A stretch of DNA of 19,409 nucleotides, taken from NCBI GenBank assembly GCA_045046875.1, contig JASFYY010000105.1:1-19409 (forward strand), in the 5' to 3' direction. Of the stretch, positions 1 through 7,704 are shown piece by piece. Position 1 is the first letter of the stretch. Each line of letters begins with the position of its first letter. The notes beneath the pieces were generated by a model. It ran no database searches and had not been told where the DNA came from. It worked only from the letters and a program-made list of their open reading frames with translations. This stretch comes from Verrucomicrobiota bacterium. GTDB lineage: Bacteria > Verrucomicrobiota > Verrucomicrobiia > Verrucomicrobiales > DEV007. The position numbers and the translations under genes were made by a program.

Positions 1-2
1 AC

Positions 3-245
3 GGTGTCACCACCAACAGCATCATGCCCTCCAAGCTCGTCCGTCAGCACTGCCAACTCGAAGCCGAGTCCCACGCCCTGCTAGAACAAGCGATGAACGA
101 GCTCAACTTTTCCGCCCGCGCCCACGACCGCATTCTCAAGGTGTCGCGCACCTTAGCTGATCTCGAAGCCGTAAAGCAGATCCAACCGCAACATCTGCTC
201 GAAGCGATTCAATACCGCAGTTTGGATCGTAATTTGTGGACGTGA
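3..245 (+). CDS. comM: ComM/YifB family Mg-chelatase-like AAA+ ATPase, C-terminal fragment (5' truncated by window edge)
   Basis: Frame is open from position 3 ([12 protein letters not shown]...). It contains the typical C-terminal motif [29 protein letters not shown]...[13 protein letters not shown] and ends at TGA 243-245. Confidence 0.9.
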   Translation, partial: GVTTNSIMPSKLVRQHCQLEAESHALLEQAMNELNFSARAHDRILKVSRTLADLEAVKQIQPQHLLEAIQYRSLDRNLWT

Positions 246-322
246 ACAATACTCCAGTCACCTTCAATTTTTCACAAATTCTGGTTTTCTAGGACTTGCT
301 TCTTCAGGGGTAATTCTATAAA

Positions 323-988
323 TCAGCCCTCCTCGTAGAGCTTGAGGTAGTCGGTGATAGTGGCTCGCGCCTCGGCGTTGAGCGGGCGTTTGAGTTCTTC
401 GTTGGCGAGAAACTTAGCGTAGCGCTCCCATACCAGCTGCCAGTTGTCGCCATCGTGCATTTGCAGTTGGCATTCAACCAGGGTGAGCACGAGATTCGCG
501 CTGTAGCTCTCGCGATGCTTGGCGACCGCGACCCGAAGTAACGGAAGAATCTCGAGCAGTTTCTCGTCATCGAGATAGTTTTCTAGGGCGAAAAGGTAGC
601 CGTAGAGGAACAGTTCCTCCGAGCTGAATTTGGCGAGGTGAAGTTGGAAATACTCCGACTTCAGCCCCTTGGACTTTAGCAGATGCTCGAGAAACACGGC
701 ACTGTTTCCCCAATTGTCGTCAAATTGCCAGCCGATTGCGTTCATCACCGCCAGTTTCTTGGCCGAGGAGTTGTCTGGGTGCGTCAGGAAGTTCAACATC
801 GCGCGGTCCAGCAATTTCGAATCGGCGGCGTGACTCACCATCGGTTCTGCTTCGTAAGCCGGATGAAAGTCCGTGGAGGTGAGGGGCGAATCCGCGACGG
901 CGACTGAAGTGAGAGATACCACACTGAGGGCGAGGAGGAGGAGGGAGTCAAGGGGGAGAAAGAAGTTCACTTGTGGACAAAAACACAC
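323..988 (-). CDS. Hypothetical secreted protein (~215-221 aa, mainly alpha-helical)
   Basis: Long ORF with a hydrophobic N-terminal stretch (LLLLALSVVSLTSVAVA) and an AxA cleavage site before DSPLTSTDF. The start is uncertain; the in-frame GTG at 970 is a plausible alternative. Confidence 0.75.
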   Translation of the reverse strand: MCFCPQVNFFLPLDSLLLLALSVVSLTSVAVADSPLTSTDFHPAYEAEPMVSHAADSKLLDRAMLNFLTHPDNSSAKKLAVMNAIGWQFDDNWGNSAVFLEHLLKSKGLKSEYFQLHLAKFSSEELFLYGYLFALENYLDDEKLLEILPLLRVAVAKHRESYSANLVLTLVECQLQMHDGDNWQLVWERYAKFLANEELKRPLNAEARATITDYLKLYEEG

Positions 989-1197
989 GCTATTTCCATC
1001 GTCAAGCCTGCTGAGTTCTCAAATAGAGAATTTGCGACGACTTTTTTCTAATCCCTCTGAATCGTGGATACAAGCATCCATCCCCGCCCCTTCTACTGAT
1101 AATTAAAGACGTCAGGAGAATGTTCTTTCAATTCATTTAACCTTCTACGTCAAAGGAGTCCGTCCTTGAAAACGGATACATTACTCTCCGGGGAAGC

Positions 1198-1226
1198 AAA
1201 TCAGGGGCGGCGGTGTCCTCTGATTT
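1198..1226 (-). terminator. Possible terminator/REP-like hairpin downstream of the DUF1501 gene
   Basis: AAATCAGGGG (1198-1207) and CCTCTGATTT (1217-1226) form a 10-bp stem with one imperfect pair, ~50 nt past the DUF1501 stop. The U-tract is short. Confidence 0.35.
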
Positions 1227-1273
1227 TGATAACTTTTGAATCCAAAGGCTCCCCTCTCCGGTCAGAACCATTT

Positions 1274-2698
1274 TCACGCCAAAATATCCTTGAGCACATT
1301 ACCATGCACATCGGTCAAGCGTACATCACGGCCAGCATAGCGGTAAGTCAGGTTTTCATGATTGATGCCCAACTGATGCAATACCGTCGCCCACAGATCA
1401 AAAACAGTGCTTTTATTCTCCGTCACATGATAACCAAATTCATCCGTCGCGCCGTAGATCGATCCGCCTTTGATGCCTCCGCCCGCCATCCACACACTGA
1501 AACCATAAGGATTGTGATCCCTTCCCGTGCTGCCTTGGGAAAAAGGGGTGCGGCCGAATTCAGTCGCCCATACCACGATCGTTTCATCGAGCAAACCACG
1601 TGATTTCAGATCCTTCAACAATCCTGCGATCGGCTGATCGACTTGCTGCGCCATATTGCCGTGACCTTTTTCAAGTCCGCCATGCTGATCCCAGGGATTA
1701 GCCGCCTGACCATCCCCCGGAAATTGCGGCAGACAGGTCATCTCGACAAAACGAACCCCCTTCTCCACCAAACGGCGCGCTAACAAAGCCTGACGCCCAT
1801 AGGCAGCTGTCATCGGGTTTTTGGAATCCAGACCGTAGAGTTTTTCCGTCGCTCGGGACTCCCCCTTGATGTCACACAATTCCGGAATAGCCGACTGCAT
1901 GCGGTAGGCGGTTTCATAATTTTTCACCGCCGCGTCCACCTGGGCATCATTGCGAGTGGAAGCTTTGAAACCTGTGTCCAGAGTGCGAATAAAATCGAGA
2001 CGCGACCGCTGAATCTCATCCCGCTCCCGTGCGGTGATATTAAGCACCGGTTCCGCTTTATCGATATCGACAATTGACGCCTGGTTCTGCGCCGGCAGGT
2101 AACCGCTGCTCCATTGACCTACTCCGCCATGCGGGACGCCCGCCTCGCCACTTTTCAGAACCACATAACCAGGCACATCACGGTTTTCGCTACCGAGCCC
2201 GTAATTGACCCAAGCCCCCGCGCTGGCATGACCGATAAACGGAAAGCCGGTGTGAAAGGCGTAATTGCCTTGCGCATGTTCGTTCACTCCACTGGTCATC
2301 GAACGGATCACCGCAATGTCATCGATGCACTCTGCCACGTGAGGAAACAACGAACTGACCGGCGTTCCGCTTTGGCCGTAATTTTTATACTCAAAAGGGC
2401 AGCCAAATATATTGCCGTTATTATTGAACTGGGTTCGCTCCACTTTGACCGGCATCGGCTTGCCGTGCAGTTTATTAAGCAAAGGTTTAGGATCGAAGGT
2501 ATCGATCTGGGAAGCTCCGCCCGACATGTAACAAAGAATCACATTTTTCGCTTTGGGTTTGAAGTGAGCAGTAGGCTGAACCGATGGAAGTCCTGCATAA
2601 GAACGCTCTGCCATCAAGCCTGATAGCGCCAGCATACCAAAACCACCGGAACAGCGGGACAACAGTTGACGACGTGAGATGTTTTGTGCGTTTTCCAT
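1274..2698 (-). CDS. DUF1501 domain protein (alkaline-phosphatase/sulfatase-like fold), Tat-exported
   Basis: N-terminal SRRQLL twin-arginine motif. DUF1501 motifs [57 protein letters not shown] and [12 protein letters not shown] are present. It starts 3 nt after the PSCyt gene, the usual partner arrangement. Confidence 0.92.
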   Translation of the reverse strand: MENAQNISRRQLLSRCSGGFGMLALSGLMAERSYAGLPSVQPTAHFKPKAKNVILCYMSGGASQIDTFDPKPLLNKLHGKPMPVKVERTQFNNNGNIFGCPFEYKNYGQSGTPVSSLFPHVAECIDDIAVIRSMTSGVNEHAQGNYAFHTGFPFIGHASAGAWVNYGLGSENRDVPGYVVLKSGEAGVPHGGVGQWSSGYLPAQNQASIVDIDKAEPVLNITARERDEIQRSRLDFIRTLDTGFKASTRNDAQVDAAVKNYETAYRMQSAIPELCDIKGESRATEKLYGLDSKNPMTAAYGRQALLARRLVEKGVRFVEMTCLPQFPGDGQAANPWDQHGGLEKGHGNMAQQVDQPIAGLLKDLKSRGLLDETIVVWATEFGRTPFSQGSTGRDHNPYGFSVWMAGGGIKGGSIYGATDEFGYHVTENKSTVFDLWATVLHQLGINHENLTYRYAGRDVRLTDVHGNVLKDILA

Positions 2699-2701
2699 GA
2701 C

Positions 2702-5700
2702 TTACTTGATATAAATAAACTCCTTAAGATTAAAAATTGCATGCGCCAGATCCGCCCAGGCTTGCAGGTCGCCAACAGGTTGGTCGTAACTGGCTTTTTG
2801 TTTTTCCAGCGAATGAATTTCCGCCTCAATGCCTGCTAACTGCTGCCGCTGTTTTCCGCTCAACGCCTTGCGCACATCCCTACTCGTCACCCCCTGGAAA
2901 TCCGCACCTGCAGCGGCGGCAATTTCTTTCTCATTCAAAGCACGGTCATAAAGTTTGGCTTCCAAAATACGCCCTTTCAACATGCGGTTGCCCCCGGACT
3001 TTCCATGCCGCAAAGCAAATAGGATCTGCGTATCCCCGCCCTTAAAATGATGCAGCCCCGTTTTTTTATACGGCGCGCCATAAGGCTCCCCATTCCTATA
3101 GGCTCGAATAGTTCCATCCGCTTCGTAAACCATCGCCATGCGCACCGGTTCGCTCTCGACTTCTTCAGTCGCGCCTTTGAAATCCAAAGTGCGGACAAAA
3201 CCATTTGATCCGGATATCCAGCGCCTGGCCTGTCGTTCGCCGATAACGATGGAATCAAAAGCACTGCCATTCAGACTCTGAACGGTGATGGCTCCACCGC
3301 CACGTTGATTGATATCATCCAAAACCACCAGAACCTCCAAAGTTTTTTCTTTCAAGTCCGCAGCCAAGGCTTCAGTAGCCACGTGACTGCGACCATCCAC
3401 CACCAAAGCACCGTCGGCGATGCGCGCCTTGCCAAAGGCTTTGCCATGCAGCTTGCCAAGCTGGTCTTTGAAATCTTTTTCGAAATCCCACCAGGCAAAT
3501 GGCTTCGGCCCCACAGGTTTGTCTGCAGGATCTGGCAACTCTGCCAACAAACGCTTGCGAACCGGCTCCAGAATTTTTATTTTCCGAGTATTCAGGTCAG
3601 AAATTTTCAGTTCTAGCTTTTTAGCGACTCCCGTGAAACTTTCATACTGCGCGCCCAAGTCAGCGATAAAACTTTGCGCTGAAGACAATTCCAGTGCTGA
3701 AGGAGGCCGCCCGAGAGCGGTTTCAAATAGACGGGTGATGCGCAATGAATCATCCTTCAAGACTGGGTCTGCTGCCAGCTTTTTGATCCATTGAGCTGAC
3801 AAGTTGATAACAAAACGGTCATTCAACAGGGTCAGTGACTGTGCTGGAACATTGGTGCTGTCACGACGGCCCTTGGTCGCAAACGGAACCGGCGCATCAA
3901 AAACCGCCAAAAAAGGATCGAGCGAGTTGCGCCGTATTTGCACGTAGATACTCCTCCTCTTGCCTTTACCTCCGCTCGCCGGTCCAAACATCTTTGGGTC
4001 CAATTGGTTGGAGACCAACAGTAAGGAATCGCGAATGGCTTCGGCATCCAGGCGACGAATATTGGCGTGTGCGAGCAGGCGATTGTCGGGATCGATAGTT
4101 TGTGATTTTTGTGATCGATCGGAGCTCAACTGCCAGCTTTCTGATGTTACCATGAAGCGGATCATGTCCTTGATCGACCAGCCTTTTTCGACAAAGCGCG
4201 TCGCCAAATAATCAAGCAGTTGCGGATGCGAAGGTTTCTCCCCCAAGCGACCAAAATTATCCGTGGTCGGCACGATGCCCTGACCATACAGATAATGCCA
4301 GAGGCGATTCACCATGACCCGTGCCGTGAATGCATTGTCCGGACGCACCAGATCATTGGCAAGTTCCAGACGACCGCTTTGCTTGGTTTGATAGGGGTTA
4401 GCGTCGATGGCTTCCAGAAAACGCCGAGGAATCAGCTCGCCTAATTCTTTATGATCACCTCTGACCATCATTGCCTGATCATAGTTGTCGGCTTCGAACA
4501 AACCGGGAACACGAGTCGGCAGAGGCACTTGCGCTTCCAACTTGCGGTAATGCGCAACTAGGTTTTTTGCCGTCGCCAAAGAGCTTATCTCATTAGGCAG
4601 CAGTCCCGCTTTCAGTGCTTCATTCAGGAACAAAGCCTGGCTGTCATTCATCTTGTTCTGTTGCCAGGCTGCGATGCATTTCCTTAGCGCCGATTGATAG
4701 AGCTGCGCCACATCCTCGGCGGATTTAGGTGGGTTTTTTTGAGCAGCCTCAAACAGGGGAGCCAGCCATTCCCGTGAATCACCATTCGGAGGTGCCGCGC
4801 CCTTCGGCAACAAAACTGCATTGCGAATCCCAAACCATGAACGCTCGCTTGACGTATTGGCCAGCACCGCCTGATCCGCAGCGGTGGATAGTTCAATGTG
4901 AATGTCATCACCATCCCAATAAGTTAAGTCGTATTTTTTCCACAACCATTCACCCCCTTTTAATCGAGTCACGGGATAAACCGTGCCGCTGCGCGGATAA
5001 TTCTGAACCACATAACGTGCCATCGCCTGACCATCACCGGCCATTTGCAGCCAAAGCTCCTTTTCCCCTTTCACCGCAATCCGTTTTGATGCCAATACGG
5101 CGCGGTGTTTGTCTGACAGAAGGTGCGAATAAGAGCCTGCAGGAAAAACCCCGCTCACCACCGAATCACCTTTTGCATGAAGAGCAAACTCACCCGGACG
5201 AGCAGGTTTTCCCTCAAGCCCTTCGCCATAAGAAAACCATTTCTGGTAAGTTTTATCATCACCTAAATCCCAGCGAATGCCCTCATTCGAATTTAAATTT
5301 CCGGTGATAACAGATCGATTTTTTTGCCACTCATCCTCCCATGTCCCCCACTGCTCAGCGATTTCAACTGCACTTCCTTTGTCCGGCCGGACATTCGAAA
5401 TGCAGTATAGGAAATGATCGGGATGTTTTGCGGACTGTAATTTCTGCTGCAATGGCCCCTTAGGGTTGAGGAAATTTTCCGCTACAGCTCTCGTTGCTTT
5501 CAACCACTCTTCACCCAAAGCCGTCTTTATTCTTTTCTTTAACTGAGTCAGCTCTTGTTTGTTTTTATCCAGAGTTCCTGGTGCCGACACATCGATCAAT
5601 GCCGGACGCGTAGAGCCGAGAATCCCAAACAGGGCATAATAATCCGCCTGACTGATTGCATCAAACTTATGATTGTGGCAACGCGCGCAGGAAACCGTCA

Positions 5701-6775
5701 GTCCCATGAAGGTTTTTGAGAACACATTGATCTGGTCATCGGTGAAACGAACCTTTTCATCCAGTGCGTCCGTCGGTGCAAAACCATGGAATACCATTCG
5801 CCAAAACGCCGTTCCGATGGCGGACTCATTGAGCCCAAGATCCTTATTGATGCGCGGATTCTCCAACAAATCACCGGCGATGTGCTCCCGCATCAATTGA
5901 TCGTAAGGCACGTCCGCATTCAGTGCGCGGATGAGGTAATCGCGATAACGGTAAGCATGCGGAATCGCCGGATCCCCTTCCGATCCATGGGTTTCGGCGT
6001 AACGCACCCAGTCCATCCAGTGACGCGCCCAGCGTTCACCGAATTGAGGCGCATCAAGCAGATAGTTGATGAGGTTTTTATAAGCGCCTGCACTTTCATC
6101 CTGCAGAAAAACCTCCACCTGTTGCGGGGTCGGGGGCAAACCGGTCAGCACCAGGGACGCCCGACGAATCAAAGTCCGACGATCCGCTTTTCCCGCGGGC
6201 TTCAGGCCTTTGCTCTCCAACGCCGACAAAATAAACTGATCGACGGGATGCTGCGACCAGGAGGAATTTTTCACTTCGGGAAGCGATGGTTTTTTCACTG
6301 GCTGGAAACTCCACCACAACTGCCGCCGTTCGCGAATCGCATCCCAGTCAGTTTGGGCGGCAAACTCTTCATCCGTCGGCGCGCGATCTCTCGGATCGGG
6401 CGCCCCCATGTTGATCCATTTTTCAAAATCAGCAATGATGTTCTCATCGAGTTTCGCCCCCGCTTTTGGCATTTTTAAATCTTCCTGCTGATGACGAATC
6501 GTCTGCAACAACAGGCTCGCCGCCGCATCCCCGGCAATCATGGCCTTGCCGGAATCCCCCCCTTTCAACAGGGCTTCTCGGTGATCAAGAACCAGCCCCC
6601 CCTTCACTTTGCCACCGCTGCGGTGACACTCGTAACATTCCTGGGCCAGAATCGGTCGAATGCGGCTTTCAAAAAACTCCAGCTGATCGGCCGATAATTT
6701 CGGTGCTGCGTGCAGCATCATCGCTGGATGTAAAACCAGCAGAAGCAGGCATAAATATAAGCAATTTTTTTTCAT
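2702..6775 (-). CDS. Planctomycete-type cytochrome c (PSCyt1) + DUF1549 (PSCyt2) + DUF1553 (PSD1) protein with C-terminal LamG/ConA-like domain
   Basis: Sec-type signal peptide, then FFESRIRPIL..CYECH (6623-6637) and WINMGA. DUF1549 motifs: WWSFQP, HPVDQFI, GERWARHWMDWVRYAE, CARCHNHKFD (CARCH at 5675-5689). DUF1553 motifs: SGRLELA, ARVMVNRLW, PSHPQLLDYLA, RRLDAEAIRD, RRSIY. LamG-like segment AWWDFE...LYDRAL; terminal AWADLAHAIFNLKEFIY. Confidence 0.92.
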   Translation of the reverse strand: MKKNCLYLCLLLLVLHPAMMLHAAPKLSADQLEFFESRIRPILAQECYECHRSGGKVKGGLVLDHREALLKGGDSGKAMIAGDAAASLLLQTIRHQQEDLKMPKAGAKLDENIIADFEKWINMGAPDPRDRAPTDEEFAAQTDWDAIRERRQLWWSFQPVKKPSLPEVKNSSWSQHPVDQFILSALESKGLKPAGKADRRTLIRRASLVLTGLPPTPQQVEVFLQDESAGAYKNLINYLLDAPQFGERWARHWMDWVRYAETHGSEGDPAIPHAYRYRDYLIRALNADVPYDQLMREHIAGDLLENPRINKDLGLNESAIGTAFWRMVFHGFAPTDALDEKVRFTDDQINVFSKTFMGLTVSCARCHNHKFDAISQADYYALFGILGSTRPALIDVSAPGTLDKNKQELTQLKKRIKTALGEEWLKATRAVAENFLNPKGPLQQKLQSAKHPDHFLYCISNVRPDKGSAVEIAEQWGTWEDEWQKNRSVITGNLNSNEGIRWDLGDDKTYQKWFSYGEGLEGKPARPGEFALHAKGDSVVSGVFPAGSYSHLLSDKHRAVLASKRIAVKGEKELWLQMAGDGQAMARYVVQNYPRSGTVYPVTRLKGGEWLWKKYDLTYWDGDDIHIELSTAADQAVLANTSSERSWFGIRNAVLLPKGAAPPNGDSREWLAPLFEAAQKNPPKSAEDVAQLYQSALRKCIAAWQQNKMNDSQALFLNEALKAGLLPNEISSLATAKNLVAHYRKLEAQVPLPTRVPGLFEADNYDQAMMVRGDHKELGELIPRRFLEAIDANPYQTKQSGRLELANDLVRPDNAFTARVMVNRLWHYLYGQGIVPTTDNFGRLGEKPSHPQLLDYLATRFVEKGWSIKDMIRFMVTSESWQLSSDRSQKSQTIDPDNRLLAHANIRRLDAEAIRDSLLLVSNQLDPKMFGPASGGKGKRRSIYVQIRRNSLDPFLAVFDAPVPFATKGRRDSTNVPAQSLTLLNDRFVINLSAQWIKKLAADPVLKDDSLRITRLFETALGRPPSALELSSAQSFIADLGAQYESFTGVAKKLELKISDLNTRKIKILEPVRKRLLAELPDPADKPVGPKPFAWWDFEKDFKDQLGKLHGKAFGKARIADGALVVDGRSHVATEALAADLKEKTLEVLVVLDDINQRGGGAITVQSLNGSAFDSIVIGERQARRWISGSNGFVRTLDFKGATEEVESEPVRMAMVYEADGTIRAYRNGEPYGAPYKKTGLHHFKGGDTQILFALRHGKSGGNRMLKGRILEAKLYDRALNEKEIAAAAGADFQGVTSRDVRKALSGKQRQQLAGIEAEIHSLEKQKASYDQPVGDLQAWADLAHAIFNLKEFIYIK

Positions 6776-7557
6776 TCAAAAAGACGTTGTTGTATGGCTG
6801 CCGCTGCGCGAATGCACTCAAGTCCAAGGCGCTCGAATTCCGACTCCGGCAAACGGAATGAAGGTGACATCACCGTCAAAGCCGCCACCGGGTATTCATA
6901 TTGGTTCAAAATCGGTACCCCTATGCAATGAATACCCTCCAGACCTTCGGCCAGATCGATCGCATAACCACGTTTGCGGGTCTCCGTCAGATCTTCTTTC
7001 AAAGCTTTGCGGGTAGAGAGTGTGGTTGCTGTATAGGATTTCAACTTCACTCCACCCAACCAATCCGCAAATTCATCATCGGGTAGCCAGGCCAGCATCG
7101 CCTTGCCTGGAGCGCAGGAAAACAAGGGCACGCGTAAGCCGACTTCCCCGGTCACTTTCACCGGGTGAGTGCCACCCACTTGCTCCAATACCACCGCTTT
7201 GTCTGCGGAGCGCACCAACAACTGCACCGTCTCACCTTCACTGTCTCGCAGGGCCTGCATCGCCTCGTAAGCGCACACAACCAGGCTTTTTTCATTTATT
7301 TTAGGCCGCGACAGATCGAACAACTTATTACTCAGAACAAAACATTTGTCCGACTCGCGGCGATGCAAATAACCTCGCTGCAATAAAGTATGAGTGATCC
7401 TGAACGCCGAGTTCTGGGATATGCCCAAGTGACGCACCATCTGCGCAACACTCAATCCCAGCGAATGCTCGGATAACAATTCCAAAATGGCAAGCGTGCG
7501 ATCCGTTCCCGGCGACTGGGCGGATTCATTAAGACAAAAGGGTTCCTTAACTAGCAT
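6772..7557 (-). CDS. IclR family transcriptional regulator
   Basis: N-terminal HTH (DRTLAILELLS...LSVAQMVRHLGISQNSAFRITHTL..RGYL) and IclR effector domain (GETVQL, PLFSCAPGKAMLA, RKRGYAID..E..EGIHCIGVPI). ATG 7557 is preferred over TTG 7617. The stop overlaps the next start (ATGA, 6772-6775). Confidence 0.92.
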   Translation of the reverse strand: MLVKEPFCLNESAQSPGTDRTLAILELLSEHSLGLSVAQMVRHLGISQNSAFRITHTLLQRGYLHRRESDKCFVLSNKLFDLSRPKINEKSLVVCAYEAMQALRDSEGETVQLLVRSADKAVVLEQVGGTHPVKVTGEVGLRVPLFSCAPGKAMLAWLPDDEFADWLGGVKLKSYTATTLSTRKALKEDLTETRKRGYAIDLAEGLEGIHCIGVPILNQYEYPVAALTVMSPSFRLPESEFERLGLECIRAAAAIQQRLFE

Positions 7558-7592
7558 AAAAACAGAGGGCTGATTTAAGTTATATTTAGACG

Positions 7593-7612
7593 AAAAACTA
7601 AAAATAGTTTTT
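7593..7612. promoter_or_regulatory. Perfect AT-rich inverted repeat in the iclR/pyc divergent promoter region (candidate operator)
   Basis: AAAAACTA-aaaa-TAGTTTTT: 8-bp arms with a 4-bp spacer, 35 nt upstream of the iclR ATG. Confidence 0.4.
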
Positions 7613-7704
7613 TGCAAGGAAAAACTGCTGAATCATTTTCAGGTTTTTAATTTGCCGTAGAAAAAGTATGGGATAACCGTGGAAGCCATCTATATTCCGC
7701 CACA

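Noticed and set aside
1..1270. Genomic island integrated in comM
   Set aside because: The comM 3' end is intact, there is no integrase or att-like duplication, and GC content sampled by eye in the neighbouring gene is similar to comM.
7558..7617. N-terminal extension of IclR from TTG 7617
   Set aside because: It runs through the AT-rich promoter and palindrome and makes the protein longer than typical IclR; ATG 7557 is more plausible.
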